Origin: Candidatus Bathyarchaeia archaeon
GTDB taxonomy: Archaea; Thermoproteota; Bathyarchaeia; Bathyarchaeales; Bathycorpusculaceae
NCBI GenBank assembly: GCA_050010515.1
Contig: JBEKKX010000004.1
Location: 1-64,000, forward strand
Length of the DNA: 64,000 bases
Direction: 5' to 3'
Shown: positions 1-10,300 of the stretch, piece by piece
Layout: each line of letters opens with the position of its first letter
Numbering within the stretch: position 1 is the first letter of the stretch
The notes under the pieces: generated by a model
Told to the model about the DNA's origin: nothing
What the model saw: only the letters and a program-made list of their open reading frames with translations
Database searches by the model: none
Position numbers and translations under genes: made by a program

Positions 1-55
1 GGATAACTAACGTTAAAAGGAATCAAATAAAAGTTCCGACTTAAAAAAGGAAGAT

Positions 56-1069
56 TTAGGCTTTTGGCTTAGCTGGCGGTGTCTGCACTGGCTCTGGAGC
101 TGGTGCACCTATAGCGTCTCTAAGGAAAGCCTTGAAAGGACCCAGCTTCCCACCATAGTTACCCGACGAAATCTTAACAACGCCAGGCACGCCGATTGCA
201 GCGGTTACACCCTCTTTCATGCCCTTTTTGACAGCGTCCAATGACAAGCCGTTCATAACAATTTCATAAACACAAGTCACGCCTTCTGGAACAACGGTAT
301 CAGGCACAAGATCACGCAAGGTTGGGCAGTAAGGATGGTTAGTTGAAGCCTTCAGTTTGTATTTAAGTGAACCAGCTTTGCTTCCTGCACGACAAACTCC
401 ACCTGGAAACTGCATGATTACGTCAGGAGCATTTGCGCGGATTGCGTCTGCTGCTGCTTCAGCAGCGGCGAGGCCCGCTTGCTGGGTTTCTGCGAAAATC
501 ATAAAGTTGCCGCCTGCAACTGCTTCCATAGCGCCAAAACCGTTTTCAACGATGAAGTTGCCTTCCATAACGGGGATTTTCCAACATTTTCTTCCTCCAA
601 CCATGGCTTTTTTCTGGAAACCATCGCCGAAGTATCGTAGGCTGTTGCCAACATCTAATGTTCGTTTGCCAACTAACCCGTTGAAAGCTGCGGTTGTAGG
701 ACAAGTCAGGGTGCATTGGCCAATACGCTGCATGAGCTGGTGCTTGAGTTCAAAGCGGTCACGATTATAAATTTGAATAAGTATTCCAGGTCGTTTGTCA
801 GGTGTCTGGTCTGCTGGAACAGTTCGTTCGATTGCTGCTTCCGCAGTCGCTTCAATTACGCTTGTGGCAAAACCCGTAGTTAAACTTGCCGCGATTTGTG
901 CCCATTTTTCGTTTTGAGCGGTAATTAAAACTCTTCCTACCCAAAGCGGGAACATTTCTGCAAAGGTATCTTGAACCTTCACGACGTTTCCGCTGGGCGA
1001 TTTTACAAGAAAGATTTTTTCTTTATCGTCATAGCTTTGGATTTCAAGCGCTTTAGTGTTTGATGACAT
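56..1069 (-). CDS. ftr: Formylmethanofuran--tetrahydromethanopterin formyltransferase
   Basis: Family motifs DTFAEMF, TGFATSVI, TPDKRPG, RIGQCTLTCPTTA, LRYFGDG, GNYGGKLG. ATG at 1069 preferred over GTG at 1090. Confidence 0.93.
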   Translation of the reverse strand: MSSNTKALEIQSYDDKEKIFLVKSPSGNVVKVQDTFAEMFPLWVGRVLITAQNEKWAQIAASLTTGFATSVIEATAEAAIERTVPADQTPDKRPGILIQIYNRDRFELKHQLMQRIGQCTLTCPTTAAFNGLVGKRTLDVGNSLRYFGDGFQKKAMVGGRKCWKIPVMEGNFIVENGFGAMEAVAGGNFMIFAETQQAGLAAAEAAADAIRANAPDVIMQFPGGVCRAGSKAGSLKYKLKASTNHPYCPTLRDLVPDTVVPEGVTCVYEIVMNGLSLDAVKKGMKEGVTAAIGVPGVVKISSGNYGGKLGPFKAFLRDAIGAPAPEPVQTPPAKPKA

Positions 1070-1414
1070 GAAAGAGACCTTGCAGTTCACTTAGGAATTG
1101 TATAATTTAAGAGTTTTCATGATGACTAAGGGTTTTCTCGTTTTAAAGGCGCGCTGGTTTATCCCGAAATTGAAAAGCTTATTTTGAGAAGAGGGGTTTC
1201 GTATCAAATGAGTTTAGTCCAAGCTTAGGAGTTAAGCAGCGTCTGCTGACACAAGCAAGTTACCAAGATTGATCGGGGAGCTTGCCATCTGGCAACCTGA
1301 TCAGCTTCGATGAGGATAAAAATTGGGGAATGTTCTTTAATGTGGATGAATGCAAAGTAGGTCTTGTCTACGATTGCTAATGTTGGAGGTTAGATTATTA
1401 GGAAAAAGAAAGCG

Positions 1415-1603
1415 TTGTTCGCTACACTCTGGTTATACACTTTTCTTTTTTGGTTGTATATTGTTGCAAGAATAGTCATCGATCACGTTCGGTTAGACAG
1501 CTTGTTCCTTAATTATGTACCGTTTTTCACGTTTATCGGACTGGGAATTATTGCTTTTGTTTTGAGCATGATATTCATGTATATGTTTCTCACTGAGAAT
1601 TAG
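1415..1603 (+). CDS. Small membrane protein with two hydrophobic segments
   Basis: 62-aa ORF with two TM-like stretches. GGAGGT at 1385-1390 suggests the start may be ATT at 1397. Confidence 0.6.
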   Translation: MFATLWLYTFLFWLYIVARIVIDHVRLDSLFLNYVPFFTFIGLGIIAFVLSMIFMYMFLTEN

Positions 1604-2596
1604 AATTAATGGGCGTCAACGTAGATCATGAGGTAATAGCCAAGTTTACGGGCGAAGTCGGGAAGCATGGGGATACCTATCGGGTTCTTGAATTTCTTTC
1701 TATCAAATTTAAGGGTGTTTTGCCTGGTCACTTAAGTGCTAAAATAAGTATGTACACTGCGCACACTGAACAGAGAAGCAGCAGAAAACACCAAAAGACC
1801 AGACAAAACAGTCTCCTCAACATTTTTCAAATAATAAAGGGACAAGGCAGCGCGCGACCATGCCATTATAAAAATGGATTTTTGATTAGAGTTTGCTTTT
1901 TCGCGGTATGTATCTGATGCTTTGGAACCGCCCATCTTTAATCCAAAACAGCCCATTATGCTGTCTCCGACTTTCATGATGACCATTGTTTCTCCCACAT
2001 TTGAGGCATTCTACTCTTGGTTTTCCACAGTAATTATCACTTTCTAATCTGAACGCAGCGCAAAATTAGATTAGGAACGGAGTTGGGTATAATTTTGAAA
2101 AACCGTTTAATAAGCGTGTGTTTACAGTTTTTGCGGGTGATGTGAAGAAGAAGGATTTTGGCATAGCTACTGTAGTTGCAGTGTTGTTCTTGGCGTTGGC
2201 GCCGTCATGTTCGCGTTCGCAAACTCCCAGAATAAAATGTCAAAACTAATAATGGGCAGCAATAGGATGCGAAATGCAATTTTTCTAATAGGACAACATT
2301 ATATTCTCATGAATGCTACGGTATATTACCGAACAATTTCATATTGCACGCACTAAGCCGAGGACAGAACGCAGCACTCAACGTATTAGAAAGATTCCCG
2401 TTCAGCAGCGCAAACCTCATCAACACCATGATGGGGGATGAAACAACCAACGCAACGGGCACACAAGCAAATGCGGTGCTGCTCTTCAACAATTAACTCA
2501 GTAGCTAAAACATCCTATCTTTTCCTAAAAAATCTCTGCTCAGAGGAATTGTAGCAAATGTACACTATTTCTCGTCGCCGAAAAGGTAAAAGCCAT

Positions 2597-3574
2597 ATGA
2601 AGGCTCAAAACGTACTGGCAACTGCTGGAAGCGTGGAAAAAAATCGTGATTTCGCAGTAATGCTCAGAATCTTAGATGAGAAATGCCAGAAGTGCACCCC
2701 ACTAACTCCGCTTGAATGCATCTCACGCTGCAAAACCTGGAAGTTGAAGAACGAGCTTAGAAGACTCCACAAGACCATGGAAAACCCAGACTTCATGAAA
2801 GACCTGATGAACGTACTGAAAAACGACACGCGCCTGCACATTCTTATGACGATTGCTAAAGGCCACTATACAGTGCGCAAGATTCAACAAGACCTCAGAA
2901 AGATGGGCCACTCACACAGTCAAGACACCATAGTTGAAGAGTACTTGCATCCATTGCTAGAAGTTGGGCTTGCCGTCGAGGCTCAAGACCGGTACTACGC
3001 GACAACGTTCGGTGGCAGACTCACAGAATTGATCGAAGGTTCAGCTAACATAGTGAACTTTCTGCCGGCTCATTCCGAGTGCTACGAAGAAACTGTACTC
3101 AAAGCATTGCTCAGCGGACCCAAAACCTTTGAAGACATAAACGGGCTTGTCTCCCAAAAGATCGTCTCGCGAATCCTAAGGAGACTGAAAGCGGTGAACC
3201 TCGTAGAAACACCCAAAGAAAGAGATTACATATTCTTCTTCAGATCAAAACGCGACCCTGCAAAGGAAACGGTTTCCTCCACCGAGAGCAAGGTTTACAG
3301 CGACATACCTGACAACGGAATTTCTGCCCAGAAACTCGCCGAAAAAACAGGATTTACCACGAGGACAACCTACAAGTACCTGAGAGGACTGAAGGGAAAG
3401 AAGCTAGTGTTCACGAGAAAAATGCCTAAAACCTATTTCCTGACTGCTAAAGGCGAAAAGTTGGCTTCGCTTCTGGATGAACTCTACACTCTGGTTGAGG
3501 AAACTCTGAGCTCTTCTGAACAAGTCTTCAAAGGCAACGAAAACATAGCCCCACAGGTTTCCGATGTATCTTAA
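2597..3574 (+). CDS. Multi winged-helix DNA-binding protein with N-terminal Cys4 motif
   Basis: CQKC-x7-C-x3-C, ArsR-like LKNDTRLHIL, further HTH-like units (PKTFEDI, ISAQKLAEKTG..TYKYLRGL). AGGT SD before ATG 2597. Confidence 0.7.
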   Translation: MKAQNVLATAGSVEKNRDFAVMLRILDEKCQKCTPLTPLECISRCKTWKLKNELRRLHKTMENPDFMKDLMNVLKNDTRLHILMTIAKGHYTVRKIQQDLRKMGHSHSQDTIVEEYLHPLLEVGLAVEAQDRYYATTFGGRLTELIEGSANIVNFLPAHSECYEETVLKALLSGPKTFEDINGLVSQKIVSRILRRLKAVNLVETPKERDYIFFFRSKRDPAKETVSSTESKVYSDIPDNGISAQKLAEKTGFTTRTTYKYLRGLKGKKLVFTRKMPKTYFLTAKGEKLASLLDELYTLVEETLSSSEQVFKGNENIAPQVSDVS

Positions 3575-3791
3575 GTTTCCTCGTCAAAGGAGACCAGCTA
3601 TCTGTACGGCTAAAAAACTCGCTACCTCGGAGACCCTAAAGGCGTGTATCCTGACCTTCAATAGAAGCTGGAAGCCCCAATATAAAAAATCTGTGTTTGC
3701 AAAGATCATCAGCCGATAGAGAGACTATGAATTCACTATTTTGTGTAACCAAAGCAATTAGACCTTGGGCTCCAATTTCACGTGTCCTACG

Positions 3792-4505
3792 TTATTTTTT
3801 CGCTGGCATCATCCTTTCGGTCATTTTGATGAACTGGCTAGATGGCTTAGCTGTTCCAGCCGTGCTTTTATCTATGGCATCGGCAATTCCCTGTATTTTC
3901 TCTATCGGAACTGAGGCGAACATTATATTCTTGTCCCATCTCACCATCCTCCTTGCGCTTATATCACCGGCAGTAACGTTGAAGTTACCTGACACAACCG
4001 GGTAGGTTATGCTGCTCCAGCAAAGCGATCCCTTCATCTCAAATGACGGGGTCTTGCCATCCCAGAACTGAGCCAGCGTAATAAGTCTTGATACCTGTTC
4101 TGCATTTACAAGGAAGATGATTAAATCAGGCATGAAAATGTTTTTGCTAACTGGATATAGATAGACCTTGCTGGCAATACCGAGAGGTGGTTTAGCAATC
4201 TTCTCCGATTCAATGAACGACCTCGTCGCCGTCTTAACATCGCACCACAGCTTCTCCCCTTCAACAAGCAGCTTAAGCGGTACTTCTCTTCTTTCAGTAA
4301 GCCCAATAATGCTCTTTCCTCCGGGGCAAGAGCAGGTCTCCTTGGAGAGCATTATCACTTTGCCGCCAGCAGCCTCTAGAATGCCATCACACACGGTATA
4401 TTGGCCCTCAGCCAGCTTGGCTATAGGGGACTCATCGGTGTATTTCACTCCAACTGCTTCCATTTCTATACCCAGCGCCTCTCTTATTTTTTCAGCAGAC
4501 TCCAC
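3792..4505 (-). CDS. DUF169 family protein
   Basis: AVGVKY, TVC, CSCPGG..IGL, PDLIIFLVNAEQ, SLC, GDISAR pattern. Confidence 0.8.
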   Translation of the reverse strand: MESAEKIREALGIEMEAVGVKYTDESPIAKLAEGQYTVCDGILEAAGGKVIMLSKETCSCPGGKSIIGLTERREVPLKLLVEGEKLWCDVKTATRSFIESEKIAKPPLGIASKVYLYPVSKNIFMPDLIIFLVNAEQVSRLITLAQFWDGKTPSFEMKGSLCWSSITYPVVSGNFNVTAGDISARRMVRWDKNIMFASVPIEKIQGIADAIDKSTAGTAKPSSQFIKMTERMMPAKK

Positions 4506-4643
4506 CCTTAAACCTCCTTCAGAGATGACAAAGAAAACCTCACTTAATATGGTACACTTATGGCATCGCTTATTAAAATTATTGACTATTATGTTATTCC
4601 TCCCAGTGCAGGTATTTTTTGGTAAGCTGTATTTTGCTTATTT

Positions 4644-5348
4644 TTATGGTTCCACTTTGATTATTTGTGGGATTTTGCCTGCAGTACCCACTTGACCTTT
4701 ATAGATTATGAGTACGCCTTCCACACCTTCAATCGATAATCCTTTGCCGATTCCCGCTTTAATCGCGGCTTCTGCGTTTTCGCCTTTAACAACGTTGCCT
4801 ACTGCTGTGGCTACTGCATCGGCTAAGGAGGCGTTTTTGCAGAAAACCGTTGCTGCCTCCGCATCACCAAAACTTAACGCGTGGCTAAATCGTCCTGAAC
4901 TGGTGGCGATGCCGATTGGGAATTCTGTTAGCCGAAAGCCGAACCGTTTTGATAGGGGCTCGTCTCCAGCGGCAACTGCCACGTCAACGGGCGTGTTTGA
5001 TATTGCTGAGATTTCTCCGCCGTCTTCCACAACAGCTACTTCACAGCCTTCACGGGTCATGTCGTTTACTGCTAAGTCCGCTATGACTCCAGCGACGGCT
5101 GCCATGGGTCCAACGCCTGCTTTTTCTGCAGCTAAAGCCATCAGTTTAGCCACAAGAGGTTTTTCTGGTGCAGGGATTGGTTTTAGCGTGTACAAGAATT
5201 TGGGGTTTGCTCTGATGTAAATTTCGAGTTCTTGCCTGTTGCGTTTGATTGATTCTATGGCTGCGTGGATGGCTTGCTGTTTATCTGAAATTATTGTGCA
5301 TTGTGTTTCTTTTAGGGTGAAGTTTTCTTTGAACAGGTTTCTGGTCAA
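4644..5348 (-). CDS. UPF0280 (ApbE-like) protein linked to sulfur assimilation
   Basis: GVGPMAAVAG, EDGGEI, GIATSSG..HALSFGDA, ADAVATAVGN. Follows the MA1821/MA1822 homologs. Confidence 0.9.
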   Translation of the reverse strand: MTRNLFKENFTLKETQCTIISDKQQAIHAAIESIKRNRQELEIYIRANPKFLYTLKPIPAPEKPLVAKLMALAAEKAGVGPMAAVAGVIADLAVNDMTREGCEVAVVEDGGEISAISNTPVDVAVAAGDEPLSKRFGFRLTEFPIGIATSSGRFSHALSFGDAEAATVFCKNASLADAVATAVGNVVKGENAEAAIKAGIGKGLSIEGVEGVLIIYKGQVGTAGKIPQIIKVEP

Positions 5349-5351
5349 CTT

Positions 5352-5783
5352 TTATTTTTTCCTGTTATTCGCTGGTTGCTCAGAGTTAGTTTGTTTAACT
5401 GATTTTATTGCTCTGGCTGGGCACGCGTCTACGCAGATGCTGCAGGTGCTGCCAACGCATTTTTCCTTATCGAACTCTACTGATAAATCTTTATCTATGC
5501 TTATGGCTTCCACAGGGCAAAGAGCCACACAGGAGCCGCAACTAAAACATTTCTCTGCATCAACTTCGATAAGTTTTGGTACAGTAACACTAACGCCTCT
5601 TTTTCGGAAGGCATTTATTATTTTTTCTTGTGCCTCATCTGGAACTTCAGCAAGTATTTCGCCGCCCTTCGAGTTTATGTGGGCTACTAAAATGGCGATT
5701 GGCACTTTGTACTCGAGAATTACTTGGCTAGTTATTGGTTGAGGTACTTGTTCTTCAGAGAACCTTAAGAGAAGTCTCACCAT
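5352..5783 (-). CDS. NIL domain plus 2x[4Fe-4S] ferredoxin (MA1822-like)
   Basis: N-terminal NIL-like domain, CFSCGSCVALCP and CVGSTCSICVDACP. Adjacent to the DUF39-CBS gene. Confidence 0.88.
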   Translation of the reverse strand: MVRLLLRFSEEQVPQPITSQVILEYKVPIAILVAHINSKGGEILAEVPDEAQEKIINAFRKRGVSVTVPKLIEVDAEKCFSCGSCVALCPVEAISIDKDLSVEFDKEKCVGSTCSICVDACPARAIKSVKQTNSEQPANNRKK

Positions 5784-5788
5784 GCGTT

Positions 5789-7291
5789 TTACCGTCCTAA
5801 CAGTTTAGACACATCTTCAGAGGTAACTATGCCCAGCACTTTCTTGTCTATATCAATCACAGGCAGCGCTGAAATATTATGCTGAGCCATCCGTTTAGAA
5901 GCAATCTCCAACGGTTCATCAGGTTTGGCAGTCACCACGTTATGCGTTTCTATATCGGCTAACGCTTTTTTGCCTTCAGCCATAGCTCGAGTGATATCCC
6001 ACGAAGTAACTATTCCCCGCAGCTTCCCAGCGCCATCAACAACAACGATGTGGTTAACCGATTTAGTAACAATCCGCTCGGCAATAGCACGTATCTCCTC
6101 GTTCTCGGTACATGTGACCGCTGGATGCATAACGCTGACGACGAATGGGATTTCCTGAGTCTGCCTCATAGGCTTAAACACGCTGTCAGTGGGCAACCGC
6201 TCAACAGGCGAAGTTAAGAAAAACGTGCCTTCCTCAATCCAAGACTTCAGTGTCTGTGAGACTTTCTTAGCCATCTTTAGGCTAGACAAGGAGCTGACCC
6301 TGACTTTCTTATCATTAATCATTATTGAGCCAGACTTTAGCTCTTTATAGCTCACTTGCCTTAGCTTCGGGCGGTCTCTACGCGGTACGCTGTAATCGAC
6401 CACGTCTGTCATGATTTCGCTGTCACGAATCGCTGTCTTCTTCGCTAAGCCTTCATTCAAGATCGGAATGGGAACGCCTAAACCAACATACATTGAAGTG
6501 CCATACCGCGTGAAGGAAGCGCCCTGCAAGAATTCAGGTGACATCTTCTTGGCATCCCCTTTCACCATCAAGGTGCCGTTTAGGTTTTTGGGGCTATGCT
6601 GCGTTCCCTCACCAATAACGTAGCCCTGCGCTCCGCCAAGGAAAATCCTTGTGCCCATGCCAATTGTTTCGTAATCTGGGTCGTTCATGAGCGGGTTTAA
6701 TTCGCCTGCCCCAGAAAACGTGGCGTTTCGCAGTCTGGGCAAGAGTTTGCTCATGTAAGTGTAAATGGTTTCGTCGCTTGTGTTAACTGCGCAGTTGTAG
6801 CGTTGGTAGCAGTTGCGGAAGTTCAGGAGGTAAAACTGGTTTAAATCGTCCTTTGTTATGTTTGTTTTAAGCTGAGTTCTTGGGTAACAGTCAGTCCCGT
6901 AAGCTGTGGCGCGGAGTTCAACCTCTTTGCCTGCTACAAGGTCTTGGATTACGTGTCCGCCGCCATATTCGAAGGGGTGCTTTTCTGACATGTTAGTTGC
7001 TCCAATAAACAGGTCTACCGCTGCGCCAGGATGGCAAACTTCAACATCGTTAATCCATGCGTGCTCAATTTTAATCGGCGGGTCTGAGTGCCCAAGGTTA
7101 ATAACGGCGCCTGATGAACACATAGCGCCAAAAGTTCCTGTTGTAACCACATCAACCTCTTTAAAGGCAACTTCGACGCCGCTGCTTTCAACTAGTTTTT
7201 TCATTTCTTCAGCGGTTAAAACTTGAACATTGCCTTTGCAGATTTTCTCGTTAATCTCTTCTACGCTGCGAGTTTTAGTCGGTTTGGACAA
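5789..7291 (-). CDS. L-aspartate semialdehyde sulfurtransferase (DUF39+CBS, MA1821-like homocysteine biosynthesis)
   Basis: VDVVTTGTFGAMCSSG, YGGGHVI, AYGTDCYPR, NDPDYETIGMGTRIFLGG, C-terminal CBS pair. Confidence 0.93.
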   Translation of the reverse strand: MSKPTKTRSVEEINEKICKGNVQVLTAEEMKKLVESSGVEVAFKEVDVVTTGTFGAMCSSGAVINLGHSDPPIKIEHAWINDVEVCHPGAAVDLFIGATNMSEKHPFEYGGGHVIQDLVAGKEVELRATAYGTDCYPRTQLKTNITKDDLNQFYLLNFRNCYQRYNCAVNTSDETIYTYMSKLLPRLRNATFSGAGELNPLMNDPDYETIGMGTRIFLGGAQGYVIGEGTQHSPKNLNGTLMVKGDAKKMSPEFLQGASFTRYGTSMYVGLGVPIPILNEGLAKKTAIRDSEIMTDVVDYSVPRRDRPKLRQVSYKELKSGSIMINDKKVRVSSLSSLKMAKKVSQTLKSWIEEGTFFLTSPVERLPTDSVFKPMRQTQEIPFVVSVMHPAVTCTENEEIRAIAERIVTKSVNHIVVVDGAGKLRGIVTSWDITRAMAEGKKALADIETHNVVTAKPDEPLEIASKRMAQHNISALPVIDIDKKVLGIVTSEDVSKLLGR

Positions 7292-7360
7292 TTAGCCTTA
7301 CCTTAATGCCAATCGAAAAGGTATCGCACGTTAATATTTTTTGCGCAACTATTCATTGGT

Positions 7361-10300
7361 TTACCAGAGTTTCCAGGGCAAGTCATCCATGTATTCGTTT
7401 AATGAACGGATTGAGGTGCCATTTTGGCCCCTCTGCTTTAACACTTCCACCAACGCAGCTGCCAACTGCAAGTTCGTAATCACTGGCACGTTAAATTCTA
7501 CTGCTTTGCGCCGGATGATGTAGCCGTCAGTTAAAATGTCTGAGAAACTATTCTGCCTATTAGCTATGGGCACGTTAATCACTAAGTCGATTTTGCGTTC
7601 TTGCAAATAATCCAAAATGTTAGGGTTAGCTTCAGCTTCCTTAACCTTATGGAGCATAGTAGCATTAACGCCCGCTTCGTTGAGCACTTTAGCGGTGTGT
7701 GCAGTTGCGTAGATTTTGACGCCCATATCAGCAAAAGCTTTAGCTATCGGCACAACCCGTTTTTTACGTTCTTCATCGCCACCAACACTTATGAATACTG
7801 CACCGTCATTTGGTGGAATGTTGAATTCTGCAGACTGCAATGCCTTGAAGAAGGCGTCTGAGAAGTTTTCGCCTAAACATGCCACCTCACCAGTGCTGAG
7901 CATTTCAACTCCGAGAACTGGGTCAGCACCGCTTAAGCGCATAAAGCTGAACTGTGGCACCTTAACACCAACGTGAGGTGCAACAGTCATTGGTGACAGT
8001 TTAATGCCGTCAATTTTTTTGCCTAGCATGGCCAAAGTGGCGAGGTCAATGAGGTTTATTCCGCGTGTTTTGCTGACAAACGGCATTGAACGTGATGCCC
8101 GCAAATTGCATTCAATGACATTAACTACGTCATCTTTAACAAGGTATTGGATATTGTAAGGTCCGTGAATTTTGAGAGCTTTAACTATTCTTAGTGTGCA
8201 ATCCTCAATTTTCTTCTGAACCTCAACCTTTAATGCTTGAGGCGGGATGGTCATGGTTGCGTCGCCGCTGTGGACGCCAGCGTTTTCAACATGCTCCATT
8301 ATAGCGCCAATTAAAACAGTTTCGCCGTCAGAAACGCCGTCTACCTCAACTTCTTTAGCACGATTTATGAATTTGCTAATAACTACCGGGTGATCACGTG
8401 AAACCTTCGCCGCTAACTTGAGAAAATTCTCCAGTGACTCCTCATTGTAAGCTACACGCATCGCTGAACCAGACAGCACGTAGCTGGGTCGCACAATAAC
8501 TGGATAACCGATTTTCTCTGCAAACCGTTTTGCCTCGCTAATTGATAGAAGTTTACTCCAGCTTGGCTGAGAAATTTGGAGTTGGTCTAGAAGCGCGCTG
8601 AATTTTGAGCGGTCCTCAGCCAAATCCACGTTTTCAGCAGAAGTACCCAGCAGTTTTACTCCAGCATTAGAGAGGCCCATTGCTAAATTGTTTGGAATTT
8701 GACCGCCGACACTGGTGATGACGCCAAGCGGGTTCTCTTTCTCATAAATGTCCAAGATGCGTTCGTTTGTGAGTTCTTCAAAGTACAGTTTATCTGAAAC
8801 GTCGTAGTCTGTGGAGACTGTTTCTGGGTTGTAGTTAACCATTATTGCTTCTTGAATGCCGTTCTTCTTGAGCGCCCAAATTGTGTTGACGCCGCACCAG
8901 TCAAACTCTACGCTTGAGCCTATTCTGAAGACGCCTGCGCCTAACACGATAACTTTGCTTTTGTTGCTTGTTAATTCAATGTCGTCTTCGTCTCCACCGT
9001 AAGTCAGGTAGAGATAGTTTGTTTTCGCTGGCCATTCAGCTGCCAACGTATCTATCTGCTTAACTACTGGCAGAATGTTTGCGCTTTTTCTAAATGTTCT
9101 AATTGTAGATTCATCGGTGCATTGACACTTGGCGATTTGCTCATCTGAGAAGCCTATGCGTTTGGCTTCACGAATGACTTCCGCTGCCGAGCCCTCTGCA
9201 AGGTTTAGCTGCCGCAGATCTGCTTCCATGTTAATAATATTTTGAATCTTGTGCAGGAAGAATGGGTCAACACCGCTTAAGCGGTAGATTTCCGCGATGG
9301 GTATGCCCATTTTTAACGCTTTAACAATCGTGTAGAGCCTTTCGTCAGTCGGGTTCGCAAGCACATCACGTATTCTCTCTTCAGGCTCAGGCTCTGAATC
9401 TTCAGGGTTGCAAACTAAACCTATCTTGCCAGTGTCCAACATGCGCACGGCTTTCTGCAACGCCTCTTCAAAGCAGCGTCCAATAGCCATCACTTCCCCA
9501 ACTGAACGCATCTGCGGACCAATGTGGCGGTCGGCGTTTTTGAATTTCTGTAGGTCCCAGCGTGGAATTTTCACGGTTATGTAGTCTAAGGCTGGTTCAA
9601 AGCATGCTGTGGTGACTTCTGTTACTTTGTTTATGAGCTCTGGAAGCAAATAGCCCAAGGTTAGTTTTGTTGCTATGTAAGCTAAGGGGTAACCGGTTAC
9701 TTTGCTTGCGAGAGCCGAACTTCGGGACATGCGTGAATTAACTTCGATTACACGGTACTCTTCTGATTTCGCATTCAATGCCCATTGGATGTTGCATTCG
9801 CCAACAATGCCTAAGCTGCGTATAGCATTTATTGAAGTTGACCGAATAAGGTGATATTCACGATTTGATAGGGTTTGCGAGGGAGCTACAACTATTGAGT
9901 CTCCGGTGTGGACACCCATAGGGTCGAAGTTTTCCATGTTGCAGACGGTTAAGCAGTTGTCTGCGTAGTCGCGCATGACTTCATATTCGACCTCTTTCCA
10001 GTGTCCAACGTACTCTTCAATGAGGATTTGGCTTATTCGGCTTTGGGCTAAACCACGGGTTGCTATGTCCTTTAATTCTTCAGGGTTGTGAGCTACGCCT
10101 GCACCTTTGCCGCCAAGAGTATACGCAACCCTAATCATGATTGGATAACCAATCTCGTCAGCAACTTCCAAAGTTTGCTTGACACTTGTTGCGGACTTGC
10201 TTTTTAATGGAGGCACACCTGCTTTGAGCATTGCTTGCCGGAAACGTTCACGGTCGCCCGTATCCTCTATCGCATGAACTGGTGTACCTAAAACCTTAAC

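Noticed and set aside
1609-1998. Overlapping ORFs 1609-1917 (+) and 1732-1998 (-)
   Set aside because: No recognisable motifs and mutually overlapping. May be decayed gene debris, but I cannot assign it.
2142-2249. 35-aa signal-peptide-like ORF MKKKDFGIATVVAVLFLALAPSC...
   Set aside because: Too short, probably the frameshifted start of a lost secreted-protein gene. No supportable call.
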